Shown: positions 24,906 to 35,708 of the stretch, in pieces
Position numbering within the stretch: position 1 is the stretch's first letter
Layout: every line of letters begins with the position of its first letter
NCBI GenBank assembly: GCA_903813345.2
Contig: CAIIXF020000001.1
Span: 19,096,001-19,160,000 of the forward strand
From: Owenia fusiformis
Taxonomy: Eukaryota
Direction: 5' to 3'
Length of the DNA: 64,000 nt
Made by a program: the position numbers and the translations under genes
Notes under the pieces: generated by a model
Databases searched by the model: none
What the model was told of the DNA's origin: nothing
The model's input: only the letters and a program-made list of their open reading frames with translations

Positions 24906-27900
24906 TTAATTTGATGGAAACTTATAACAGGCCTGTACAAATTGCATCACTATATCTATCAGGATTTTCTGAGAATCAATAGTGAGTTCATTTTCATAAA
25001 TTAAGTATTTGACCTGTTCTGTCTTACTAGAAATAAGTTGAGTATCAAACAATAAATTTTGTTCACGAAGTGCAGTCATCATTTTATTACGTTCATGGGT
25101 ATGGCGAGGGCAGGTTAGAATGAAATGCTTTGTATCTTCAGTAGAGCCGCAGAGGCATTTGTTGTCAATTATTCCAGTAAAATTATGAGTAAAGAAATGG
25201 TCTTTAAGGGCAAAATCAACTCGAAGCCTATTTAGCAGTTTTTCGTTGGTTCTACTTAAATTTAGTTTTGTAGTTGGTATAAAGTTTGAAATAGGGATAA
25301 ATATCTGTTTAATAGAGCTTTTGAATCTAGAAATGGTTTGAATTTCACGAAAAGTCTGGCTTAGCTGGTTCCAATCATTTATAAGTTTTAAAACTGGTGC
25401 TTTGGAGAGTCTCATTGAAATATTTCTTGGGCAGGAAAAGGGTAAAGAGTGTCTTAAAATTCTAGTTGCTTGGTTGCGATGTTGGTCAAAAAGACTATGG
25501 ACATAATAAGGCACTTCCTTTCTTACAATTTTGAACATCAGTCTTAGATTTTTTTCGTGTCTTTTGTCAGTAAGCGATTTCCACTGTAAACATTTTAAAG
25601 TTTTTGAGGTGTTAGAGCCATGCAGTACCCCAGCACATATAACAGCAGCTTGGTAGTGGATTTTATCAAGCTTTGACAAGGCCGCCAAGGATGACGATCC
25701 GTAAATGGAGCTACAATAGTCAAAATGAGACGCCAAATATGAATTATACATTATTTCAAGATGGTGCGACTGTATTTTGTTTGATATGAGCTTCAAAGGA
25801 TTTAACAGCTTTTGAACTTTATTAGACAGATAGTTTATATGATCATTAAAAGTCAAATTCTCATCTAAGATGAAACCCAGGTGCTTATGTGATTGCTTTT
25901 GGGGGATCATTTCACCATCAAAGTAAAGCGGAGACATTTGAATATTTTTTTGACGGGTTGAGCGAAAAACTAAATGAGCACTTTTAGATGCTTTAAATTT
26001 CAATTGCCAGGTTCTAGACCATGCACTTAAAAGATTTAGGTCATTTTGGAGTTGGCCAGTTTGATTACCAGAAGGGTGAAAGAAAGAGTATAAGGAGGTA
26101 TCATCTGCATAGATAAAAGTTTTCGAGGTCAGAGTGTCAGGGAGGTCATTTATGTATATCAGAAACATCAGGGGTCCGATTATGGAGCCCTGAGGCACAC
26201 CGGAGTTTATGAAGTGGTCAGGAGAGAAGTTTGATGTGTGATCATCTACAGTGACACAGACTTTTCGATTTTCTAAGTAAGAAGAGCAGAGGTCGGCTAA
26301 TTTACCTTGAATTCCATATGATTTCATCTTGTGAATGAGTAAGTTATGCGGTACAGTATCAAAAGCAGACGCCACGTCTAAATAAACAGAATTAACACAG
26401 TTACCTTTTTCCATTTCGTTAAAGATATAGTCAGTTATTGCTAAAAGTTGTAGCTCAGTGTTGTGTCCTGGAAGAAATCCAGATTGAAATTGATAAAGAA
26501 GGTTATTTTCAAGTAGATGCGTTAAAATGCGATTATGCACAACTTTTTCAAAAATTTTGGAAAAAGTGCTTAGCAAAGTAATCGGTCTATAATTCTCAAC
26601 TTGAGATCTATCAGACTTCTTATAAATTGGAGAAATGTTTCCAAGTTTCCAGCAACTAGGAAATTGGCCACATGCAAAAATCATGTTAAACAATTTTGAT
26701 AACTGGAAGGATAATGCTTCCTGGGCTATTTTTGTCATTCTGTTATTAATTTTGTCAAGACCACAGGCTTTATCACGATCAAAGGACTGGATTATTTGAA
26801 GAATTTCATCTGGATTGGTAGATAAATGGTCAATTGATATTCCAGTTCTATTTGGAAAATGTGGAAGTGCATCGTTATCCACTTGGTTTAAATTATGATA
26901 TTTTGAAGAAAAAAAGTTAAGGAAACACTCAGCTTTTTCACCCTCAGTTGTAGCTATGTGATCTGAAAAATTGCACTTCAAACTAGGGAGTAAAGCATGA
27001 AAAGTTCTGGATAGAAAAGAATTGACTATGTTCCAGTACTGTTTTCCTTTACAGGTTGATTCATTAATCTGTTTTACAATATTTTCCTGGTAATTTAATT
27101 TTGCCTCTTTTATTAAGGATTTGACCTTTTCAGCTTGAGCAGTGTAGTTGTCAAAAATAGTTGTGTCATTTTTTGATTTGGTTTTCCGATAAAGTCGTTC
27201 TTTCTTATTGATTTCGCGTTTAATTTTTGAGTTCATCCAAGGTTGATCATTTGCATTTAAAATTGTTGTTTTTTGAGGAATGTATTTTGAAAATATGTCA
27301 AAAATATGACAAGAAAAGCTTTCAGTTGTAACATTAATGTCTCTATTACTCTGATTATATAGTTCAGTCAGGTCAAAATTACGAATGTTGGAATTTATAC
27401 CCTCAATATCAGCCTGGTCATATTTCCAAATGGTTTTCTTTAATTTGTGTCTCTTACTGAGTTTTAACAGAAGAGTGGTCAAAATAGTAGAGTGGTCAGT
27501 ATTACCAATAGGGTCAGAAACAACCAATTCCCTTACAAGAAAAGGCTTGTTTGTAATAGAAAGGTCAATGCAGGTTCTTGAGTTTCTTGTTATTCTGGAA
27601 GGCTCTTTTACTAACTGGATAAGATTTAAGTTGGATAAAATAGAGTCAAGTTTATTGCCTCTCGAGTCAGTAGTACCTTCAGGCCACCATTTTTGATGCT
27701 TGGAATTGAAATCACCGTTTATAATTAGGTGGTCACATTTTATCTTGGATGCTTTGGAGAGATTTTCCCTTAGATGGTCAAAATAAACATTTTCCTCATT
27801 TACATTCATACTAGGAGAGCGATAATGTACACCAAATAGTATTGAAGTATTTCTAACTTTGATATTAACCCAAAGACTGTTATCAGTATTCAAATCCGGC

Positions 27901-28616
27901 ATGGGAATGTAGGTAAGGTCAGATTTAATGTATATCATGAGCCCTCTACCCCCTTGATGATAAAGGGGAGAGTGATAGTCAGGAAGTAAGTAGTTTTCAG
28001 AAATAATCTTGTCATTCAAATTGCCTACTTCACAGAGTCCAGCTACCGATACCCCATGTTTTCTTAATCTATGTTTAAAACTTTCAAACCTGATACCTTC
28101 CCCACTGCTTATGCTGTTAATGTTTGAGAAAAGGAACTTGAGATCATGCTGCATGGTACATGTAGAGTGAGGACCAGGATGAGTTTCAATGTCGCCGGCC
28201 TGCAAGATTAAATCACTTTGGTCAAAAATGTAGACTGAAGTTTGAAAAATCAAGACAGTGAGTGTGAAATTGTCAAAAATATTTGCATATTTTACATTGC
28301 CTATAAGCTTCATAAGCATTTGCATTGACATAAATAATGTAACAAACATGACTGTTAACAAGTAGATTATGACCACAATAGCCATGAGCCTAGTTAATTC
28401 ATTAAAGAGTTTATTGTAATTATTTGTCAAATCAATGCAGGAAATTATATCTAAGGTGAGTAGAATAAGGTATATAAGTATTAAGACTGTTACAAAACTT
28501 GGACTTGACATTTGCCTCTTAGTACCATTGTTTTTGATTCTCAAACCTGGTATTTTGATTCTCGAGTTAAAAATTCCAATTCTGCTTCGCCACGACTGAA
28601 TGTCGACTGCACCCAT
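24906..28616 (-). CDS. LINE ORF2: hydrophobic leader, 2A-like motif, APE endonuclease, reverse transcriptase, C-terminal CCHC finger
   Basis: 1236 aa. APE motifs NINS, GLCE, YRSP, GDFN, CIDL, TDH. RT motifs YRPITLL, QSGF, LDVASAFD, GVPQGS, YADD, HLG. C-terminal CLCGSTEDTKHFILTC. Confidence 0.97.
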   Translation of the reverse strand: MGAVDIQSWRSRIGIFNSRIKIPGLRIKNNGTKRQMSSPSFVTVLILIYLILLTLDIISCIDLTNNYNKLFNELTRLMAIVVIIYLLTVMFVTLFMSMQMLMKLIGNVKYANIFDNFTLTVLIFQTSVYIFDQSDLILQAGDIETHPGPHSTCTMQHDLKFLFSNINSISSGEGIRFESFKHRLRKHGVSVAGLCEVGNLNDKIISENYLLPDYHSPLYHQGGRGLMIYIKSDLTYIPMPDLNTDNSLWVNIKVRNTSILFGVHYRSPSMNVNEENVYFDHLRENLSKASKIKCDHLIINGDFNSKHQKWWPEGTTDSRGNKLDSILSNLNLIQLVKEPSRITRNSRTCIDLSITNKPFLVRELVVSDPIGNTDHSTILTTLLLKLSKRHKLKKTIWKYDQADIEGINSNIRNFDLTELYNQSNRDINVTTESFSCHIFDIFSKYIPQKTTILNANDQPWMNSKIKREINKKERLYRKTKSKNDTTIFDNYTAQAEKVKSLIKEAKLNYQENIVKQINESTCKGKQYWNIVNSFLSRTFHALLPSLKCNFSDHIATTEGEKAECFLNFFSSKYHNLNQVDNDALPHFPNRTGISIDHLSTNPDEILQIIQSFDRDKACGLDKINNRMTKIAQEALSFQLSKLFNMIFACGQFPSCWKLGNISPIYKKSDRSQVENYRPITLLSTFSKIFEKVVHNRILTHLLENNLLYQFQSGFLPGHNTELQLLAITDYIFNEMEKGNCVNSVYLDVASAFDTVPHNLLIHKMKSYGIQGKLADLCSSYLENRKVCVTVDDHTSNFSPDHFINSGVPQGSIIGPLMFLIYINDLPDTLTSKTFIYADDTSLYSFFHPSGNQTGQLQNDLNLLSAWSRTWQLKFKASKSAHLVFRSTRQKNIQMSPLYFDGEMIPQKQSHKHLGFILDENLTFNDHINYLSNKVQKLLNPLKLISNKIQSHHLEIMYNSYLASHFDYCSSIYGSSSLAALSKLDKIHYQAAVICAGVLHGSNTSKTLKCLQWKSLTDKRHEKNLRLMFKIVRKEVPYYVHSLFDQHRNQATRILRHSLPFSCPRNISMRLSKAPVLKLINDWNQLSQTFREIQTISRFKSSIKQIFIPISNFIPTTKLNLSRTNEKLLNRLRVDFALKDHFFTHNFTGIIDNKCLCGSTEDTKHFILTCPRHTHERNKMMTALREQNLLFDTQLISSKTEQVKYLIYENELTIDSQKILIDIVMQFVQACYKFPSN

Positions 28617-29599
28617 TAACCTATGCCTGACTTGACTGCACTGTTGGTTAACTGAAAGGTATATATGCTAGTAACAAATGGTAAAAAGCTAAGTAAACAG
28701 TATTTAGAAATGTAAAAGTAATCCCCATCCCCAACCCAACCTCTATGATTGATAATTTCCAAAAGTATGCACACATGTAGTGTGTGCATGACAATAAGGA
28801 ATATGGGTACATTACACATGGTGTTATGCAACAAAGGTTTTTTGATGCAAAGATATAGGAAGTACAACTCAGTTATGGAATCATAATTACAGTAGCAAAG
28901 TACCAATTTCAGGATAAAAAGTAGCCTGGTAGCCAGCAAAATGGACTACATGACACATGAAATACAATGGGCAGCAATATTAAAACAAAAACAAAAACAG
29001 TAATACATGGCAACAATACAAAACTTGCTTGCGATTCATCATAATCATAGTATATGCTTGCAAGCTACTATAACATTTATACATTACAGTATATAGACTC
29101 TAATAGAGTAATACATACTGGAGAAAAATAAATCTAAATAGTAAAATGTTAGTCAGGCTCGTATATAAAATTCGAAAAACGAACTTCTCCAGTAGTTCTA
29201 TTTACAAAGGTGTTCGTTGAGAACATCATTATATACAGAAGGAAAAAGAACTCACCGTGTTTTTAGATTCAAAAGACAGAAACGTGAAATATAAATTTGA
29301 TAAAAGCACACTTCCGGTTTCCGGAAGGTCAAATAGTCACGTGACAGAGAGATGTAAACAAAACAACTGGAGAAAATCGTCAAGTTTAGCACGAGCAGCA
29401 GCTCATTAAGACGTTCATTTGTCAGTGAGGAAAGTTATGTTCGGTTATTTTAGGAATCTATATTGATAGTTTATACACTGATGTTACTTTCTGCATGGTG
29501 ACCAGCGTTTTCTATAACTTAAATCAACAAGGGTAACAGTGGTGAGTGAGGGAATGTTCACGAGAAAGTTATGGCAATCGTCCAAGCACACCAAGGTAA

Positions 29600-30565
29600 T
29601 TAAGACCTGGCAATGACAGAGTCAATGTTATCGTTGATTGAGAATACTTTGATTGTACCAGATTTGAGTTTACCATACACTTTCATGTTATTGTACCATG
29701 CTTGATCAATATCGTTGTGCTGCTTGACATCTTTCAGTAGTACTCTGTTTCTCGGACTGAGATCATGGTAAATTCTCACATTGGTGCCTTTTAGGTGGCG
29801 CTTGTTTGACATTACTTTGTCCTTAACAAGTCGGTCAAAGAATTTGGCTATGATTTGTCGTGGCTTCCCATCTCTTCCAGGCAAACGGTGGGCAATTTCA
29901 ATGTGATCAGGTTCAATCATAGCTCCTGCAGGCAGGTGATCATTTAGGGTTTTACAGAGAGTGTCAATACACTTTTCAACAGACTCATTTTTGTCATCAG
30001 CGATCCCAACGGCACGTAATGTGGATTTCCTGCTGTATTGAGCATTATGATTTACCTCAAGGGCTAGCTGATCTTGCTTAACAGTCATATCAGTATGGGA
30101 TTTCTCCAATATCATGATTCTGGACTTCAGAGTGTCATTTTCTTCACGAAGTTGTTTTAGATCAGTAGATAGCTTTATCGTGGATTTTTCAATTTCATGC
30201 TTCACCATATCACGGATTTGAGACATTATCTGGGTGTTATTTTCATTAAGTAATGTTCTCATAACGGTAGTAAGAGAGAGGATAGTTACCGGTTGCTCAG
30301 AATCCATATCATGTGGATCGTCTGTGGTGCATGTACCTGAGGATGCTTCACCGAGAGCTTTCTCAAAAACGTCATCGTACGGTACTGGCGAAGTTTCACT
30401 GTCCTTACTTGGGAACCCCGCTTCACGTCTATTTCGCTTCACGGGTATAGTTATCGAGGATGGCTTATCAAAGTCCTGTGCAAGTTGTCCACCATCTTGG
30501 TTTTTATCAGCACGAATTTTGACGAAGTCAGTAATCGCCGGTTGGTTGTCCTGTAGTTTGGACAT
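29600..30565 (-). CDS. LINE ORF1 (coiled coil, RRM and CTD; L1/Transposase_22-like)
   Basis: 321 aa. Heptad-rich region followed by QYSRKSTLRAVGI, IEIAHRL, PRQIIAKF and VRIYHDLS motifs typical of this ORF1 class. Lies inside the TSDs. Confidence 0.9.
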   Translation of the reverse strand: MSKLQDNQPAITDFVKIRADKNQDGGQLAQDFDKPSSITIPVKRNRREAGFPSKDSETSPVPYDDVFEKALGEASSGTCTTDDPHDMDSEQPVTILSLTTVMRTLLNENNTQIMSQIRDMVKHEIEKSTIKLSTDLKQLREENDTLKSRIMILEKSHTDMTVKQDQLALEVNHNAQYSRKSTLRAVGIADDKNESVEKCIDTLCKTLNDHLPAGAMIEPDHIEIAHRLPGRDGKPRQIIAKFFDRLVKDKVMSNKRHLKGTNVRIYHDLSPRNRVLLKDVKQHNDIDQAWYNNMKVYGKLKSGTIKVFSINDNIDSVIARS

Positions 30566-31729
30566 GGTCTCAACTAATCCGCTGTATATCGTCTATAGAT
30601 ATTTATAAATGTTTTAGATTACGATAAATCGGCACAAATGTAGATATTATCACGTAAACTGAGTAATTACTCCTAGTCTTTTACAACGTGTTATTTGTTC
30701 TTGGCGCCATCTATCAAGACAGTCAATAAAATCTATTTTACCTACCCCACCCCCATGTATACTGCACGTCGCTTGCTATTGATACAGTTGAGAAATGGTT
30801 TGAAATGTGTAATACTGGCATTTAATTTAAAACTAAAAATACATCTTGATTCGTAAGATAGTTACATTCTATTTCGTGAAGTTCATCAGTATGGGTTCAA
30901 ATCGATCTTGCACCATGTATGCATATAGACTTGAGAAGCTACGAAGAGAGTTCGGAACAAAGTGGGGGTGGCAGCGCATTGGCATTTTATCTTACATATC
31001 TTTACCGGTATTTCGGTAACGGTACGGTTATTAGCGTGACGGTTACCGGTACTGGTTTTCAGTACCGTTGCGACCTCTAACAAGTATCTGACAACAAACA
31101 AGCGGAGTCTTTGGGTGTTTAGGTGGGTGAAGAATATGAGATGACTGGAAAAATCATGTTTTCTGCGAAATTCTGTGCCAAAACAAAAATTCTGCAAAAA
31201 ATGAAAATGAAAATTTTCTGCGGTTTTTCTGCGGCGAAGCGGAATCACGGAATACTAGTATGAGTGGTTGCTGTTCTCTGATTATATTGCATAGAGCAAT
31301 ATCTTGAGTATGTAATTATTGTCATGTTAAGGCAGTATAGTTATTACATCTTCAATCCCTCTACCTCATCATGGAATAATCCCTTGTCTCTTCTACCAAA
31401 AATTACTTTTTTTTGAATTAAGAATTACTTTGGACCTGAAAATTTTTGCATGTGAGATATTTTCCTGAGTATGTATCTTATATTTTGCAAAATTAAAATT
31501 TTGGGAAATAAAATATATACGAAAATAAATAGCAGGGAAGAGCTTGATGTAATATTATCAAAAATGAATAGATCAGAACATAAAAAATCTATAATGGAAC
31601 ATCTTGAGGTTTATTAGGGACTCAAACAAAGGGATGCAAAGTGTGTATAATAACCATGTTAGAGTAGGACAAGGTAGTTACAGTTTCACCACCAGGTGGC
31701 TAATTCAGGGCAGATAACATCTGGCAGGG

Positions 31730-32085
31730 TATTAGAAAGTTCCCTTAAACTTGAACATTCATCAGTTTTAGTGGTTCAACTTTCATATTACCCTTATGTA
31801 ACTGATAGTTATACAAGTTAGAATATGTCCAGTAAAAGAAAATATTATCTGTCGAATATAAGAAAGATATTTCACTTTTTGTGATTTTATAACGGGGGAT
31901 CTCCCTGACCTTGAAGTCACATATTCAAAGAAAAGGTTTTTTTTTCAAAGTAGATAAGTAGATAAACACTTTTTAAAACCACTTTTCTCGATGTAATTTT
32001 ATGTGTAGATTTCAAATCACTTTGACTGAATTTTGACTTTTTTACAACGTAAACCAAGATTATCTCTACTTACATCTGGTCTATT
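31730..32085 (-). repeat. Dispersed repeat (copy 2 of the 12450-12805 family)
   Basis: Reverse-complement similarity to 12450-12805. Confidence 0.7.
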
Positions 32086-32515
32086 GTTATTGATATAGAC
32101 CCAAACCATGATCTAAATTGACATCATTATTAACTATTTGTCAAAGAATCATGAATATCTGTTTTTATGAAAAATTGGGTATAAATCTGAAAATCATATA
32201 AAATATGATCTGATTATGAAAGTAGGTGAAATCACAAAATTTAATCATGCAAACTATTTTAGATTAACAGTAATGCATAGATATGAGTAAGTCTTTAAGA
32301 CCCTTAAAGGCCAACCTGCCAAGTTAAGTATGTCCAAAGCAGTCAGCTTCAGTGAACTTCATTCTATTCTCATAAATTTTCTGTCAGAATGAATGAATGA
32401 TCACCTGTCAATTCTGCTCGCCTTCTTAAATTCTTGTTATTAACAAGCATATGCGATTTCTGCTTTCAGGTCTACAGCTCAAAAGGGGTGGCTGGAGACG
32501 AAAACAATTCCAGAA

Positions 32516-32738
32516 ATGGAAGTGGGATTACGTGTTGTACGGGGGCCTGATTGGAAATGGGGAAATCAAGATGAAGGCGAGGGTCACCTTGGCACAGTAG
32601 TGGAGATCGGAAAGCCTGGTAGCTCAACATCCCCTGATAAGACTGTGGTTGTGCAGTGGGATAATGGAACACGTACCAACTATAGAGTGGGCTACCAGGG
32701 ATCACATGACCTCAGAATAATCGACAATGCACCTATTG
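32516..32738 (+). CDS. mib2: E3 ubiquitin ligase MIB2, exon with first Mib/Herc2 domain (exon begins at 32470)
   Basis: [19 protein letters not shown]...[36 protein letters not shown] is MIB2-type rather than MIB1-type. TTTCAG acceptor at 32469, donor G|GTAAGT. The frame is open back to the acceptor, so a short N-terminal extension is possible. Confidence 0.95.
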
Positions 32739-34488
32739 GTAAGTAGTAACAGAAACATTAAATGGCCAGAATTTCATATTCTTACATAAACACTGTATCA
32801 GTTCTTCTTTTCATTATATTGACTTTCCGGTATTGACTTATCAAATTGAAGATGCAAATTCTTCCCTTCATTTAAGTAAATGAATACTAAAAATATTTTT
32901 TTATTTTCTTCCTTAAATTTTTTCTATAAATATTGTTTTATATATCCATTGCATGAAAGATGTTCCCTCCCCAAAAACCCTGTGGCAAATGCTGTTTGTT
33001 GGTCTTTTGTTAACCTCTGGCCATTAAACTACTCATAGAGTAAATTAATTACAGTTAATGCTGCTAATCTTATCAATAAAAGGGAATTGAAAATCAGTCT
33101 GTGATCTGAAAATAATGTAGACAGGATTTCTCGCTGTACATCCCTGTTTTTGGAAAAAATGCATTTCTATACTTGTATTCTCCACTGAACTTTTTTTTTC
33201 AAATAAGTGCAAATTTTTGATTCTGTTGAAAAATTGTCAAACTGTGCCAATATTTCAACATTTTCAGGTGGGTCTGAGTCTATTTCCTAATTCTCAAGTG
33301 GGTGTAGCAATCTATGCACTGACAAAATTTTGTTTTGTCAAAAAGTGTTAATTCATCTAACTGCCACATGGGTTGAGAGAACTTCTTTTCTCAAAAATAA
33401 ACATAAAAACATGAATCAGTTTATGTGTTTAATATGTTAAACGCATTTTTCATAATTTATATGAATATTGCTCGAGGTAATATGTATGTTCAATTCTAAT
33501 GCATAGAACACAAATAATGCATATAAATTGACTATTGTTGAAGCCTATAATTGAGAATTTACGTTTTAAAATAACGAATTTCAATTTAAGATTTAATAAA
33601 ATTTAGAAAGGTTGTTTAACGTTTATACACAATACACATACCATTACATGAAAACCATGTATTTTTTATAAGACATCCCAGCTTGCATGTTTCTGGGGTA
33701 TTCATCTCCCTACCTCTGTGTTACTTCCTTGCTTCCCCATTGATTAGCCGTTCTACCCTCTGGGTACGATATATGGTTTTACAATAGCCTTCTAATGATC
33801 TCGAATAGAGTTTTCTTGGAGTTTTAATTATATTTTGATTACTGGCTGAATCAGTAAGTTTTCTCATTTGAGGACAATGTACAAATTTGGACTCTTTTGA
33901 AGAGTTTTCCATACTCTGGTTCAAAAGTTAGAACTTATAAGGAAAAAGCTCTGTTCAATGAGAAAAAATCAATGCCTTATTGACTCAAAGTACATTTAGA
34001 ACAATCTATAAGGTTGTATTAAAGAGATGGATTGTACATTTCTTATTAAAAGAAGGAAATACTTCAAGCTGTTAAACTTGACCTCATTACAAATGCAATT
34101 TTTATTTGCCTAGTATATTTATAAGTGTCCACAAGTAGAAATCAAAAGCATTTTATCAACCATTGAAATAATTGCAATACTTCCTTCCTTGTTTGGTTTT
34201 TAGATAAGTTTGATCTTTCCTTGAACTTACTATAATCTCTTTGAAATGATTGCACCATTTTATTTCCTTGTATAAAAGCTCTTATTAAGATATTCATATC
34301 ACATTTAAAAAAGAAAATATAGGGTTTGGGGGAATGGGGATATAGCAAATTGCCAAACTAATTTTGGGAGATTTTCTTTTTTCTAATTTTAATTTTTAAA
34401 GTTTGAAAGGAAAACCCCTATATCCCACACTTACAACTCTGTTACATCCCTAAAAAATTATTAACTATGGGATAACACTTTTTTGTAG

Positions 34489-34660
34489 GTGTGAAACATC
34501 CCAACATTATATGTGATGCCTGTAAGAAGCAAGGGGTGATGGGAATGCGTTGGAAATGTACAAAATGCTTCGACTTTGACCTTTGCACCCAATGCTACAT
34601 GGCCGATCAACATGATCTGACACATTCATTTCTGAGGTTTGATTCGGCCTCACACCAAGG
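34489..34660 (+). CDS. mib2: MIB2 exon, ZZ zinc finger
   Basis: (G)VKHPNIICDACKKQGVMGMRWKCTKCFDFDLCTQCYMADQHDLTHSFLRFDSASHQ(G). TGTAG acceptor, GTGAGT donor, phases 1/2 consistent with neighbours. Confidence 0.96.
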
Positions 34661-35059
34661 GTGAGTGATTCGATTAATTGTTTGTATCAAAAGAGATTAT
34701 TTTTAGTAAATATTTTGATGAATAATTTCAATTGGAAATAAAATAAGTGAGAATTAATTATGAAAATTACAACTTAAAATAAATTTTCATTCAGGCAAAT
34801 TAATTACTGGGAGGTCACATTTCACCTGTTTCTTTTCTTAAAATGTCACTTGTTATTTTTTGGATTTGCTTACTGCCTCCAATGTAAAGTTATGTACTAA
34901 TTTCCTGTTCTAAGCCTATTTTACTTTTTCTGATTCATACTATTGAAACTGAACCATATATTTTTTTGCTCATATGTTGAGCAATTGCAATCACTCATTT
35001 GTCCACTTGTTTTGTAGAATGTAGAAATATCACTTTTGTCGATATTGCATAGGCAGCTG

Positions 35060-35460
35060 AATGTATACAGTAGCTTCTTCTCACTATAAGGCATGGTCAT
35101 CCATCTTTCTTTGTCTCTCTGTATGTCTCATCTCTGAGACCACGGGTCATCATACTTGTGCTACATACTTTAAGTGGGTCAATTGGTATTCTACGAAGGT
35201 CAAGAGTATTTCAAGGTCAAATGTCAATATTTAGGTATATGGCATTTTAAGGCATTTGGAGGCTACTGTGTCAAGATGTCAACTTTATGGGTCAAGGTCA
35301 TTCTAAAGTCAAAGGTCAGTATCTAGGAATTTGGCATTTTAAGGCTTTTTGGAGCTGCTGTGACCCTTGGTGACCCATGATTAGGTGACCTGAGGTCAAG
35401 GTTAACTTTTATGAATCAAACTCGAAAGGGTGGATTGCAAGTAACAATAATGTCTAGAAG
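35060..35460 (+). repeat. Old HINE-like repeat with internal tandem units
   Basis: Decayed microsatellite followed by repeated GGTCAA/AAGGTCA and GGCATTTTAAGGC blocks. Confidence 0.45.
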
Positions 35461-35708
35461 TCTTATCAAAATATCTCCTGAAATTTTAAATGACCACAAC
35501 TTCTAATATGAAAAAATCATGTATTTTGATCAAAATGGCTTGTACGTCATCATTAAGATCTGAAGTTTTTGCAAAATATAGTATATCTAACAAATTAAAA
35601 ATGGTCCTCACATTGTTGAAATATAACATTGTGTCATTAGTTTTAATATTTTATAGTTTTTTTTAAAAAAAGTTGAAAATTGCATAGTATTTTTACTATA
35701 ATTTTTAG

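Larger units (their letters stand above)
24708..30713 (-). mobile_element. Full-length APE-type non-LTR retrotransposon (CR1/L2/Crack-like group)
   Basis: Two intact ORFs, poly(A) tail (T-run 24707-24718), and perfect TSD TCAAGACAGTCAAT at 24694-24707 and 30714-30727. Clade is inferred from the ORF architecture. Confidence 0.95.
24176..31079 (-). mobile_element. Non-autonomous hAT transposon (~0.9 kb) interrupted by the LINE
   Basis: Imperfect TIRs TAGAGGCTGACGGTA / TAGAGGTCGCAACGGTA, perfect 8-bp TSD ACAAGTAT (24168-24175, 31080-31087), subterminal CGGT/ACCG repeats at both ends, and a transposase remnant. Confidence 0.92.

Noticed and set aside
27385-27696. 103-aa plus-strand ORF
   Set aside because: Antisense shadow of LINE ORF2.
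30234-30608. 124-aa antisense ORF over ORF1 (ORF0-like)
   Set aside because: Non-ATG start, mostly a shadow of ORF1, and no independent evidence.
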